From positions 29,762-93,761 of the forward strand of contig FR898651.1 in the NCBI GenBank assembly GCA_000437215.1: a DNA stretch of 64,000 bases, in the 5' to 3' direction. Shown here piece after piece: positions 13,075 through 23,471 of this stretch. The first letter of the stretch is position 1. The number at the start of each line of letters is the position of its first letter. The notes below the pieces were generated by a model. That model was given only the letters and a program-made list of their open reading frames with translations, did not search any database and was not told where the DNA came from. This DNA is from Clostridium sp. CAG:440 (GTDB lineage Bacteria > Bacillota > Clostridia > TANB77 > CAG-508). The translations under genes and the position numbers were made by a program.

Positions 13075-13996
13075 ATGGCAAAACCAAAAGTAATAGTTAT
13101 ATGTGGCCCAACAGCATCAGGTAAGACAGCGCTATCAATAGAACTTGCAAAAAAAATAAATGGACAAATAGTTTCAAGCGATTCTATGCAAATATATAAA
13201 GATATGAATATAGGAACAGCAAAACCAACTAAGGAAGAAATGCAAGGTATAAAACATTATTTGTTGGATTTTGTATCTCCAGATGAAAGATATAGTGTTG
13301 CAGATTATAAAAAAGATGCTAAAAAAGCAATAAAAGAAATTATAGAAAATGGAAAAACACCAATAATTGTTGGCGGAACACGGTTTATATGTTGATAGCT
13401 TAATATATGAAATTGAATACCAAGATATTAAGTTTGATGAAAATTATAGAAAACAATTAGAGGAAAAAGCAGATAAAGAGGGACTAGAAAACTTATACAA
13501 TATGGCAAAAAAAATAGATGAAGAGGCAGTAAAAAAAATAAGCCCAAATGACAAAAAAAGAATATTAAGAATTTTAGAAATATATCATGCTACAGGAAAA
13601 AATAAAACTTGGCAAGAACAAGAGTCAAGAAAAAATCCAGTAGAATATGATTATAAAGTATTTGCTATTAATTGGGATAGAGAAAAATTATATGAAAGAA
13701 TAAATAAAAGAGTAGATATAATGCTAGAAAATGGCCTTATAGAAGAAGTAAAACAAATAAAAGAAAAATATAAAAAGTTTCCAACTGCAATGCAGGGACT
13801 TGGCTATAAAGAAGTTGTTGATTTTTTAGAAGGAAAATGTAGTTATTCAGAAATGGTAGAAAAAATAAAAATGGAAACAAGAAGATATGCAAAAAGACAG
13901 CTTACATGGTTTAGAAAAAATAAACAAACAATATGGTTAGACGGAGAAAATGATATACAAAATAATATAAAAATTATTTTGGAGGGTATAAATTGA
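13075..13996 (+). CDS. miaA: tRNA dimethylallyltransferase, two frames joined by a +1 shift at CGG 13381-13383
   Basis: P-loop GPTASGKT at the N-terminus. ggc gga aca CGG ttt becomes the conserved IIVGGT-GLYVDSL after the skip. Confidence 0.9.
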
Positions 13997-15268
13997 AAAA
14001 AGAAAAAGGAAAGAAAAAGAAAAAAATAATCATATATATAGCACTTTTGCTGATTATTTTATATGTTTTCTATACCGTATTTTTATTAACAGTTCAATCA
14101 ACCAAATTATTTACAGTTGAACAGGGAAAAATATATTTAGAAGAAACATTAAATGGTTATATAATTAGAGACGAGACTGTTGTAAAAGGCGAGAATTATA
14201 AAAATGGTATGGAACAAATAAAAACAGAAGGTGAAAAAACTGCTAAAAATGAGTCTGTATTTAGATATTATAGCCAAAATGAAACAGATTTAAAGCAAAA
14301 AATTTCTGAGCTTGATGAAAAAATACAAACAGCTCTTAAAGAAAGCGAAAATTTAATTACATCAGATGGACTTTCTGCAGAGGTAAAAACAATAGAAAAT
14401 AAAATAGATGAAAAAACAAAAGAAATAAGCAAATTAACAGATATGTCAAAAATTGCAGAATATAAAAAAGAAATAAATGAATTAGTTTCAAAAAAAGCTA
14501 AAATAGCAGGAGACTCTAGCAAACAAGGTTCATATTTAAAGCAATTAATTGAACAAAGAGCTAAATATGAAAGTGAATTAAATTCTGGTGCTGAGTATAT
14601 TAAAGCAAATAGAAGTGGTATAGTTTCTTATAGGGTAGATGGCTTAGAAGAAACACTAACTCCAAACAATATTGAAAGCCTAAGCAAGGAATATTTAAAT
14701 AATTTAAATTTAAAAACAGGTAAAATAGTTGCAACAAATGATGAGTGCGGAAAAATAATAGATAATTTTGCATGTTATATAGTTACAATAAGTAATTCTA
14801 ATCAGGCAAAAGAAGCAAAAGTTCGGAGACAAAGTAAAATTAAGATTACCTAATAATTCAGAAATAGATAGTCAAATTACATACATAAAGCAAGAAGAAA
14901 ATGATGAATACCTAATTTCGTTAGAAGTAAAAAAAGAAATAGTAGAATTAATTAATTACAGAAAAATATCATTTGATTTAATTTGGTTAAGCTATTCAGG
15001 GTTAAAAGTTCCAAATGATGCAATAACACAAAAAGATGGCATAAATTATGTAGTTAGAAATAGAGCAGGGTATTTAAGCAAAATTCCTATAAAAATAGGA
15101 ACTGTAAATAAAAAAGAAGCTAAAAATGAAAAATATACAATTATTGAGAATTATACAACAGATGAATTACGTAAAATAGGGTATACAGATAAACAAATAA
15201 ACAATTTTAAAAAAATATCAATATATGATGAGATAATGTTAAATCCAGATTTAGATAAAATAGAATAA
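13993..15268 (+). CDS. Hypothetical membrane-anchored coiled-coil protein, two frames joined by a +1 shift at CGG 14824-14826
   Basis: TTG start with RBS ggaggg, then an N-terminal TM. Coding continues without a start codon in the +1 frame from 14825 to the stop at 15266-15268 (gtt CGG aga becomes V-GDKVKLRLP). Confidence 0.55.
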
Positions 15269-15323
15269 TATTACAAAAATATTACAAAAATATTAAAATT
15301 TAATTACATTTACTAAAAAGTAT

Positions 15324-15353
15324 TGACAATAAAATAAAAAAAGTAGATACTTA
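15324..15353 (+). promoter_or_regulatory. Candidate sigma-A promoter upstream of sepF
   Basis: TTGACA, 17-nt spacer, GATACT. Preceded by the direct repeat tattacaaaaa x2. Confidence 0.35.
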
Positions 15354-15394
15354 TAACAGTTAAAAACAATGAAGTAATTTTAGGAGGTTTTTTT

Positions 15395-15874
15395 ATGGCA
15401 GGAGCGCTAATGAATAAGGTTTGGAATTTATTTGGAATGGATTCAGCAGAACCAGAAGAATACGAAGATGAAGAAGTATACGAAGATGAAGATGAAGAAT
15501 TAGAAGAAGATAAAAAAATATTTGGAAGAAGAAACAACAATAATAAAGTTGTAACAATGCCAGGACAAGGACAACCTATAAGAATGGTTATTTCTCAACC
15601 AACTACATTTGAACAATCTGACGAAATATGTAGTTTCTTAAAAGAGAAAAAATCAGTTATAGTAAATCTTGAGTATGTTAATAAAGATGTAGCTAGAAGA
15701 ATAGTTGATTTTATAAGTGGTGGAGTATATGCTTTAGATGGCTATATTCAAAAAGTTTCTAATTCAATATTTTTAGTTGCACCATCAAATTATGAAATAA
15801 CAAATGAAATGGCAAGAGAAGAAATAAAAAATAAACTTTCTGTTTCATGGCTAAAAAACAATGGAGTCAACTAA
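15395..15874 (+). CDS. sepF: Cell division protein SepF
   Basis: Acidic N-terminus plus the conserved SepF/DUF552 core (VNLEYVNKDVARRIVDFISGGVYALDG). Confidence 0.85.
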   Translation: MAGALMNKVWNLFGMDSAEPEEYEDEEVYEDEDEELEEDKKIFGRRNNNNKVVTMPGQGQPIRMVISQPTTFEQSDEICSFLKEKKSVIVNLEYVNKDVARRIVDFISGGVYALDGYIQKVSNSIFLVAPSNYEITNEMAREEIKNKLSVSWLKNNGVN

Positions 15875-15902
15875 ATAAAAGTCTATTCATAGGAGGATAA
15901 AG

Positions 15903-16358
15903 ATGATAACACCATTAGATATAGAAAATAAAAAATTCGGTAAACAAATGATGAATGGATATAGTGTAGAAGAGGTTGATGATTTTCTTGATGATTTAAC
16001 TGTAGATTATAGTAAAAATTATAAAGAAATATCAGAATTAAGAAGTAAAGTAGATGAACTAAATGCAAGTTTAGCACATTACAAAACAATAGAAACAACA
16101 CTTCAAAACACATTATTAATGGCACAAGAAACAGCAGAAGAAGTAAAAAATGTAGCAAAACAAAAATCAGAACAAATAATAACAGATGCTAGAGCAGCAG
16201 CTGAAAAACAAGTAAACGAACTAAATAATGAAATATTAACAAAACAAAAATCATTAGACGACATAAAAAAACAATTTGATATATATAAAGCCAAAATGGA
16301 ATCACTTTTAATATCTCAATTAGAATTATTAAAAGAAGTAAATAAAGATAATAATTAA
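15903..16358 (+). CDS. divIVA: DivIVA-family cell division/polarity protein
   Basis: N-terminal ITPLDIENKKF DivIVA motif, then a coiled coil. Confidence 0.85.
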   Translation: MITPLDIENKKFGKQMMNGYSVEEVDDFLDDLTVDYSKNYKEISELRSKVDELNASLAHYKTIETTLQNTLLMAQETAEEVKNVAKQKSEQIITDARAAAEKQVNELNNEILTKQKSLDDIKKQFDIYKAKMESLLISQLELLKEVNKDNN

Positions 16359-16365
16359 TTTTTAC

Positions 16366-16398
16366 TAAAGACTATCATGAATGTGATGGTCTTTTTGT
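16366..16398 (+). terminator. Intrinsic terminator after divIVA
   Basis: AAAGACTATCATGAATGTGATGGTCTTTTTG hairpin followed by a T-run. Confidence 0.5.
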
Positions 16399-16541
16399 AT
16401 TATTTTACTTTTAATTTGACAATTATTACTTAAATTACTAAAATATTACAGAACCATTAAATGTATGTTACATTTGCGTTAATACTATTGACTTTATATA
16501 AAAAAAGAATAAAATATATAATATAAAAAAGGAAAACTATT

Positions 16542-17105
16542 ATGAGAGTAATAAGTGGAAATTTAAGAGGAACAAAACTTTATACACTAGAAGGACAAAA
16601 TACAAGACCAACATTAGATAGAGTAAAAGAGTCATTATTTAATATAATAAATTTTGAAATAAAAGACAGTATTTTTTTAGATTTGTTTGCTGGAAGTGGA
16701 GCAATTGGAATTGAAGCTGCAAGCAGAGGCGCAAGCAAAGTAATAATGTGTGAAAAATCTAAAGAAGCTGCAAATATAATAAATAAAAATTTAGAAAAAA
16801 CAAAATTAATTAATCAAGTAAAATTGTATAATATGGATTTTAAAGATATGATAAAAAACAAATTAGAAGAAAAACTAGACATAATATATTTAGATCCACC
16901 ATATAAAACAAATTATGCATATGAGGCTTCAAAATTAATTTTAGAAAAAAACTTATTAAAAAAAGATTCAATATTAATTATAGAAACAGATGAAGAACAA
17001 AATGTGGAAAACTTATTCCAAAATTTAAGTTTGGAAGAATTTGATAAAAGAAAATATGGGCGAGCTTATCTTATATTTTATAAGATAAAAGAAGAAAGGG
17101 GCTAA
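16542..17105 (+). CDS. rsmD: 16S rRNA (guanine966-N2)-methyltransferase RsmD
   Basis: RVISGxxRGxxL N-terminus, SAM motif DLFAGSGAIGIEAASRGA and the DPPY motif. Confidence 0.85.
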   Translation: MRVISGNLRGTKLYTLEGQNTRPTLDRVKESLFNIINFEIKDSIFLDLFAGSGAIGIEAASRGASKVIMCEKSKEAANIINKNLEKTKLINQVKLYNMDFKDMIKNKLEEKLDIIYLDPPYKTNYAYEASKLILEKNLLKKDSILIIETDEEQNVENLFQNLSLEEFDKRKYGRAYLIFYKIKEERG

Positions 17106-17108
17106 ACC

Positions 17109-17612
17109 ATGGAAATATTTACATTATTAGAGACTTTAGAAGATTTATTAGAAAGAGGAAGAAATGTACCATTTTCTGCTAAAATAATTGTGGATAAAGA
17201 GGAAATGTTAGATTTAATTAAAGAAATAAGATTAAAATTGCCAGATGAATTAAAACAAGCAAAATGGGTAAAAGAAGAAAGACAAAGAATACTTGCAGAG
17301 TCTCAAAAAGAAGCAGATGGAATTGTAAAAGAAGCAGAAAATAGAATAATAGCAATGATTGATGAACATGAAATAACAAGAAAAGCATATGATCAAAAAA
17401 CAGAAATAATAGAAACAGCAAATGAAATGTCAAGGGAAATTTCTAGAGGAACAAAAGAATATGCAGATAATTTGTTAGAAAAAACAGAAAATGTTTTAAC
17501 AGAAACATTGCAAAAATTAGAATCAAATATTGGTGAAGCTCTAAAATTAATGGAAATTTCATTAGAAGATACATTAAAGACAATACAAAATAGTAGAAAA
17601 GAACTAAAATAA
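17109..17612 (+). CDS. Hypothetical coiled-coil protein
   Basis: 167 aa, E/K-rich helical protein. No motif recognised. Confidence 0.45.
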   Translation: MEIFTLLETLEDLLERGRNVPFSAKIIVDKEEMLDLIKEIRLKLPDELKQAKWVKEERQRILAESQKEADGIVKEAENRIIAMIDEHEITRKAYDQKTEIIETANEMSREISRGTKEYADNLLEKTENVLTETLQKLESNIGEALKLMEISLEDTLKTIQNSRKELK

Positions 17613-17720
17613 AATCCATACAAAAGTCAGAAATCAGAAGTCAAAAAGATATAAAAGACTTTTGAAATCTGGCTTTTTAAGATAAAGGAAGTAAAAATTT
17701 TAGAAGTTGGGGGAATAATA

Positions 17721-20129
17721 ATGGCAAAAAAAAGAAAATATACAAAAAGCAATTCAAGAGGAAACACAAGAAAATCAAAACGTATGTCAAATATAGATTT
17801 AACAATATGTATATTAATAGTTCTTAGTATTTTGCTAGGATTTTTAATATATACAAATTCAGGAGTAATAGGAGTTAAATTAAATGAAATTTTAGGTGGA
17901 ATGATGGGGGTAACTAGACTTTTATTACCAATAGGAATATTAGGCGTTGCAATAAAACTTGCATGTACAGATAATGAATATGTAAGCTCAAAACTAATAA
18001 AATTTTGTGTTTTATTAATTAGTATATCTGTAATAATGTGTGTTATACAAATATCAAGTGGAGAACTAATTCCAAGTAAAGAAATATCTGAATCTTTAAA
18101 AGATGCATATTATAATGGATCACAAGGAAAAGGTGGAGGAGCATTAGGAGCACTACTTGCAATTCCAATGGCAAAATTAATAGGAAATATAGGAACAATA
18201 ATTGTATGTATGGGAATTGCAATTATTTTAGCTGCTACAACATTTGGGGTAAATGTATCTGAACTTATAAATATGATTGTAGAAAAACATCAAGAAAAGC
18301 AAGAAAATAAAAAAGAAGAAAAATTACATGAAAAAGAATCTAGAATGCAAGAAAGAGAAAATAGAGAACTAGAAAGAGCAAAAGCAAAACAAGAGGCAAG
18401 ATTAAAAAAACAAAAACAAGAAAATAATCCAGACGAACAAATACAAATTAATTTTGGTGGGCATATTATAGAAGAGGAAAGTCCAAAAAAACTAAAGAAA
18501 TTTAAACATGACAAAGACGACTTAATCCCACTAGGAATGGAAAAAACAAAAAAAACAGAACCAGATGTAATAGAAAATAACTTATTTAAACAAGAGGAAG
18601 AACAAAAACAAGATAAAACAAAAGAAGTATTACAATTAGAACATACAATAACTGTAGAAGACGAAAATTATGAATATCCTCCAGTAGAATTACTAAGTAA
18701 AGGAAGTCAAAAAGGAATAAAGGGAGGAGCAAAAGCACTAACAGATACAGCAACAAAGTTACAAAAAACATTATATAGTTTTGGGGTATCTGCAAAAGTA
18801 GAAAATGTTTCTGTAGGGCCAGCAATTACTAGATATGAATTAAAACCGGCAGAAGGAGTTAGAGTAAGTAAAATTGCAAATCTTGCAGATGATATTGCAT
18901 TAAATTTAGCTGCAGAAACAATAAGAATAGAAGCACCAATTCCTGGAAAGCAAGCAGTAGGAATAGAAGTGCCAAATAAAGAAAAACAAGCAGTGCATTT
19001 AAGAGAAGTACTAGAAAGTGAAGAATTTGAAAATAGTGAATCAAAATTAACAATTGCACTTGGAAAAGATGTAGCTGGAAATACACAGTTAGCAGATATA
19101 GCAAAAATGCCACACGTATTAATTGCAGGATCTACTGGTTCAGGGAAGAGTGTATGTATAAATACAATAATAACAAGTATTATATATAAGGCAAAACCAA
19201 GTGAAGTTAAACTTGTAATGGTAGATCCAAAGGTTGTAGAACTTTCTGTATATAATGGAATACCACATCTTTTAATACCAGTTGTAACAGATCCTAAAAA
19301 AGCTGCGGGAGCTCTTGCATGGGCTGTACAAGAAATGGACAATAGATATAATCTATTTGCTAAAAAAGGCGTTAGAGATTTAAAAGGGTACAATAAGGCT
19401 GTAAAAAAAGATGAAGGTGTTGGAATGTTACCACAAATAGTAATTATAGTAGATGAACTTGCAGATTTAATGATGGTAGCAGCAAAAGATGTAGAAGAGT
19501 CAATATGCCGTTTAGCTCAAAAAGCAAGGGCTGCTGGAATGCATTTGGTAATTGCAACTCAAAGACCTTCTGTAGATGTTATTACAGGACTTATTAAAGC
19601 AAATGTGCCTTCAAGAATTGCGTTTGCTGTATCATCACAAGTAGATTCAAGAACAATATTAGATAGTGTTGGGGCAGAAAAATTGCTTGGAAAAGGAGAT
19701 ATGCTATATTTCCCAGCAGGAGCACCAAAGCCTGCAAGAGTGCAAGGAGCCTTTGTATCTGATGAGGAAGTTGAAAAAATAGTAGACTTTATAAAACAAA
19801 ATGGAACAGCTACATATAGTGAAGATATTTTAGAAACAATAGAAAATAGTAATAAAACAGATAAAGAAATAGCAATGGAAAAAGATGAAGATGATGATAC
19901 AGATCCATTTTTAATGGATGCAATAGAAACTGTTGTAGAAACTGGACAAGCATCAACTTCATTTATACAAAGAAAATTTAAAGTAGGTTATGCAAGGGCA
20001 GGAAGAATAATAGACCAAATGGAAGAAAGAGGAGTAATTTCAGGTTACCAAGGAAGCAAACCAAGAGAAGTATTAATGACATTAGAAAAATTAAATGAAT
20101 TAAAGATGTCTACACAAACAGAAAAATAA
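17721..20129 (+). CDS. ftsK: DNA translocase FtsK/SpoIIIE
   Basis: N-terminal TM segments, linker, Walker A (GSTGSGKS), gamma domain. Confidence 0.9.
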   Translation: MAKKRKYTKSNSRGNTRKSKRMSNIDLTICILIVLSILLGFLIYTNSGVIGVKLNEILGGMMGVTRLLLPIGILGVAIKLACTDNEYVSSKLIKFCVLLISISVIMCVIQISSGELIPSKEISESLKDAYYNGSQGKGGGALGALLAIPMAKLIGNIGTIIVCMGIAIILAATTFGVNVSELINMIVEKHQEKQENKKEEKLHEKESRMQERENRELERAKAKQEARLKKQKQENNPDEQIQINFGGHIIEEESPKKLKKFKHDKDDLIPLGMEKTKKTEPDVIENNLFKQEEEQKQDKTKEVLQLEHTITVEDENYEYPPVELLSKGSQKGIKGGAKALTDTATKLQKTLYSFGVSAKVENVSVGPAITRYELKPAEGVRVSKIANLADDIALNLAAETIRIEAPIPGKQAVGIEVPNKEKQAVHLREVLESEEFENSESKLTIALGKDVAGNTQLADIAKMPHVLIAGSTGSGKSVCINTIITSIIYKAKPSEVKLVMVDPKVVELSVYNGIPHLLIPVVTDPKKAAGALAWAVQEMDNRYNLFAKKGVRDLKGYNKAVKKDEGVGMLPQIVIIVDELADLMMVAAKDVEESICRLAQKARAAGMHLVIATQRPSVDVITGLIKANVPSRIAFAVSSQVDSRTILDSVGAEKLLGKGDMLYFPAGAPKPARVQGAFVSDEEVEKIVDFIKQNGTATYSEDILETIENSNKTDKEIAMEKDEDDDTDPFLMDAIETVVETGQASTSFIQRKFKVGYARAGRIIDQMEERGVISGYQGSKPREVLMTLEKLNELKMSTQTEK

Positions 20130-20150
20130 AAATAAGAAAGGAGAATTATT

Positions 20151-21734
20151 TTGCCAAAGAAAAAAGAAAACTTTTTAGAAAAAATAGTAAAAAAAGACTA
20201 TAATAATGAATTAGAAAAAGTTTTGGAAAAAAAATATTTTGAAGAAAATGCAAAAAACATTCTCCTAAATATTATATATAAATTAGAGGCATCATATAAA
20301 GACTATGAAACTGTAAAGAAAAATGTAATGCCAAAAGAAGAATATATAACAAATTTTATAGAGTCAATAAAAAATAATTGTGATACACTAAAAATTGTTA
20401 AAATGAATTCAAGTGAAAAAGAAATATTGGGAAATAAGACATTTTTAATAGATAAAAGAAATAAAACTATTATAGTTTATCCAATAGAAAGAAAAGTTTT
20501 ATATGCTATATCAAAAATAAGTAAAAAAGACAAAATAATAAAAGACAAATATGTTATAATTGATAAAACAATATCAGATTTAATAAATGTTGGAAATAAT
20601 ATAGATACAGTAGAGGTAATAAGGGATTTTAATGGTTTTTCTTGGACAACAGTTACAAAAGAAATTGAAAGTATACCACATAATTTAATATATCAAAATT
20701 TAAAAATATTATTAGGATATGAATTTTTAAAGAATTGGATTTTAAACAAAGAATTTATTATAGATTATTTTGAACTTGCAAATAACAAATTAGAAGAGCT
20801 TTATGGTAGAAAAAATGCAAAAAACATAATAGATTATATAATTTGTTTATCAGTTCTTTTAGAATTAAAATTTGATAAAATAGAAGGAAGAAAACTAAAA
20901 CAGCAAAAAGAAGATATAGAAAAAAAGATAAAGCAAATAGAAAATAAAGAAGAATTTATAAAAGAAAAAACAAGAGAAAAAAGAAAACTAAATAAACAAA
21001 TAAAACAAATTGATGAGATTATAAATGATAAAAAACTATTACAAAAAGAATATATTGAACGCAATGAGTTATTGCCTTTAAATAAAAAAATATTTAGTAT
21101 GAGAATTTTATCAAATATAATGAAAGAAGAAAGACAAAACTTAATTGTTAAGTTAGAACAAATAAATGACATATTAAATCCGCAAAAATTTATACAATAT
21201 AAAGAAGATTTAGAAAATAAATATAATTACTTAAAAATTGTAGGAACTAAAGATATTAATCAAGAAATAAATAATGAATTACTAAAATTGCAAAAAAGTT
21301 TTTTAGATTGTTTAGAAATAAAAATAGATAAATCAAAAGAAAAAAACGAAATTGTTAATTTATTATATCAATTTAGATATTATTTAATGATACCTATTGA
21401 TGAAAATGATAAAATTTTAGAATCAAAAGATTTAAAAAATAGACTAAAAAAGGTTTCAAAAAAATTAGTACAAAAATCAATAGAGCAAAAAGTAATTTTT
21501 AATTTTTCAAAAAATGAGGATTTAAATTATGATATAATAAAAAATGTATTTGAAACTAGAATAATAAGTTTAGAAGATTTATATATAAAAATAGTAAAAG
21601 AAAATAAAAAATATTATATTCAATTATTTGATGAAAATATTTTTGAAGAAAAAGTAGAAATTGGAAATATTGAAGAAATTAATTTAAATGATATAAATGT
21701 AAAATTAAATAAAAGTACAAAAGTATTTATATAA
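20151..21734 (+). CDS. Hypothetical K/E/I-rich protein (527 aa)
   Basis: TTG start with RBS aaggag. No recognisable domain. Confidence 0.45.
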   Translation: MPKKKENFLEKIVKKDYNNELEKVLEKKYFEENAKNILLNIIYKLEASYKDYETVKKNVMPKEEYITNFIESIKNNCDTLKIVKMNSSEKEILGNKTFLIDKRNKTIIVYPIERKVLYAISKISKKDKIIKDKYVIIDKTISDLINVGNNIDTVEVIRDFNGFSWTTVTKEIESIPHNLIYQNLKILLGYEFLKNWILNKEFIIDYFELANNKLEELYGRKNAKNIIDYIICLSVLLELKFDKIEGRKLKQQKEDIEKKIKQIENKEEFIKEKTREKRKLNKQIKQIDEIINDKKLLQKEYIERNELLPLNKKIFSMRILSNIMKEERQNLIVKLEQINDILNPQKFIQYKEDLENKYNYLKIVGTKDINQEINNELLKLQKSFLDCLEIKIDKSKEKNEIVNLLYQFRYYLMIPIDENDKILESKDLKNRLKKVSKKLVQKSIEQKVIFNFSKNEDLNYDIIKNVFETRIISLEDLYIKIVKENKKYYIQLFDENIFEEKVEIGNIEEINLNDINVKLNKSTKVFI

Positions 21735-21790
21735 AAGGTTTATAGGTAAAGCCTTAAAAATCTAAATAAAATTAATAAGGTAGGTTATTT

Positions 21791-23434
21791 ATGAAAATTA
21801 CTTTTTTAGGAGCAACAAGAACAGTTACAGGTTCAAATTTCTTAGTAGAAGCAGTTGGAAAAAAATTTTTAGTAGATTGTGGTATGTGGCAAGGTAAAAA
21901 GGAAATGGAAGAAGAAAATTTTAACGAATTTGATTTTGATCCAAAACAAATAGATTTTATGCTATTAACACATGCACATATTGACCATTCTGGAAGAATA
22001 CCAAAATTATATAATGAAGGTTTTAGAAATAAAATATATGCACATAAAGCTACATGTGACTTATGTAGTTTAATGCTTCCTGATAGTGGACATATACAAG
22101 AAATGGAAAGCGAATGGAAAAACAGAAAAAGAAAAAGAAGAGGAGAACCAGAAAGACCACCACTTTATACTGCAGAGGAAGCTGCAAGATGTTTAGAAAT
22201 ATTTGAAGCAGTAAATTATGACGAAATTATAGAAATAGATGAAAATATACATGTAAGATTTAATGATGCAGGACATATGTTAGGGTCTAGTATAATAGAA
22301 TTATGGGTAAAAGAGGATGGAAAAGAAGTAAAAACTGTATTTACAGGAGATTTAGGAAATAATGATATTCCACTTTTAGATTCACCAACAATGATTGAAG
22401 ATGCAGATTATTTAGTTATGGAATCAACATATGGTAGCAGATTACATGTAAGAAATGATGAAAAAGCAAAAATATTCTTAGACGTTGTATCTGAAACACT
22501 AGATAAACAAGGAACAGTAGTAATACCATCATTTGCAGTTGGAAGAACACAAGAAATATTATATGAGCTAAACAAAATAAAAGAAAATACAGATGATGAA
22601 GACTTTGAAAGAAAATATAAGACATTAATGAAAGCTCCTGTATATGTAGACAGTCCACTTGCAATATCTGCAACAGAGGTATTTAGAGAAAATATGGATT
22701 TGTTTGAGGAAGATGTACAAAAAGAAATTATGAGTGGTGACAATCCACTAGAATTTCCTGGACTTAAATTTACAATGACAACAGATGAATCTAAAGCATT
22801 AAATGAAGATCCAACACCAAGTATTATAATATCTGCAAGCGGTATGTGTGAAGTTGGAAGAATAAAACATCATTTAAAACATAATTTATGGAATCCAAAC
22901 AGTACAATACTTTTTGTTGGATACCAAGCACCAGGAACATTAGGCTATAGCATAGTAAATGGAGCCAAAACAGTAAAAATATTTGGTGAAGAAATAGCTG
23001 TAAATGCTAGAATTGAATATATTGAAGGTTATTCAGGACATGCAGACCAAGAATGGTTAATGAATTTTATATATTCTTTTATAACAAAACCAAAACATAT
23101 CTTTTTAGTACATGGTGAAGAAGAATCACAAGATGTATTAGAAAAGAAAATAATAGATGAGACAGGAATTAGTGTTACAACACCAGAATATGGAGAAACA
23201 TATGAATTAAATGACCAAATTACAATGACAAATAAAATAGAAAGAAAAATTCCAGTAACATTAAAAACAGAAGTAATTAGTAGGTTAGAAAAAGTAAAAG
23301 AAGAATTAAAAGACATGGATATAGCAGTTAAAGAAGATATGCAAAATCCAGACTTAAGGGATGAAGATGTGTTTAGAATTAATGAAAAAATTAAAGAATT
23401 AGAAAAACAAATTCTAAAGGTTGTTGAAGGGTAG
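21791..23434 (+). CDS. MBL-fold beta-CASP family RNA-metabolising hydrolase
   Basis: HAHIDHSG metallo-beta-lactamase motif, later MESTYG and HxxGHADQ, and a beta-CASP-like C-terminal domain. Confidence 0.7.
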   Translation: MKITFLGATRTVTGSNFLVEAVGKKFLVDCGMWQGKKEMEEENFNEFDFDPKQIDFMLLTHAHIDHSGRIPKLYNEGFRNKIYAHKATCDLCSLMLPDSGHIQEMESEWKNRKRKRRGEPERPPLYTAEEAARCLEIFEAVNYDEIIEIDENIHVRFNDAGHMLGSSIIELWVKEDGKEVKTVFTGDLGNNDIPLLDSPTMIEDADYLVMESTYGSRLHVRNDEKAKIFLDVVSETLDKQGTVVIPSFAVGRTQEILYELNKIKENTDDEDFERKYKTLMKAPVYVDSPLAISATEVFRENMDLFEEDVQKEIMSGDNPLEFPGLKFTMTTDESKALNEDPTPSIIISASGMCEVGRIKHHLKHNLWNPNSTILFVGYQAPGTLGYSIVNGAKTVKIFGEEIAVNARIEYIEGYSGHADQEWLMNFIYSFITKPKHIFLVHGEEESQDVLEKKIIDETGISVTTPEYGETYELNDQITMTNKIERKIPVTLKTEVISRLEKVKEELKDMDIAVKEDMQNPDLRDEDVFRINEKIKELEKQILKVVEG

Positions 23435-23471
23435 AATAAATTTTAAAAGCAAGATTTGAAAGGAAATTGAA

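Noticed and set aside
4783-13996. Interpreting dxs, mutS2, mutL and miaA as pseudogenes from random sequencing indels or genome decay
   Set aside because: All breaks are +1 at an in-frame CGG in coding orientation. None is in a homopolymer, and each restores a fully conserved protein. Random indel error or decay does not predict this phase and strand specificity. A motif-specific artefact cannot be fully excluded without reads, and this caveat is stated in the findings.
17613-17720. Possible terminator hairpin between the coiled-coil gene and ftsK (aaaagtcagaaatcagaagtcaaaaag...aaaagactttt)
   Set aside because: Arms do not pair convincingly. AT-rich and imperfect. Not supported as a stable stem-loop.
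18707-19393. 228-aa minus-strand ORF inside ftsK
   Set aside because: Fully embedded antisense to the conserved FtsK motor domain. Low-complexity Ser/Phe/Ala composition. Artefact of the open antisense frame.
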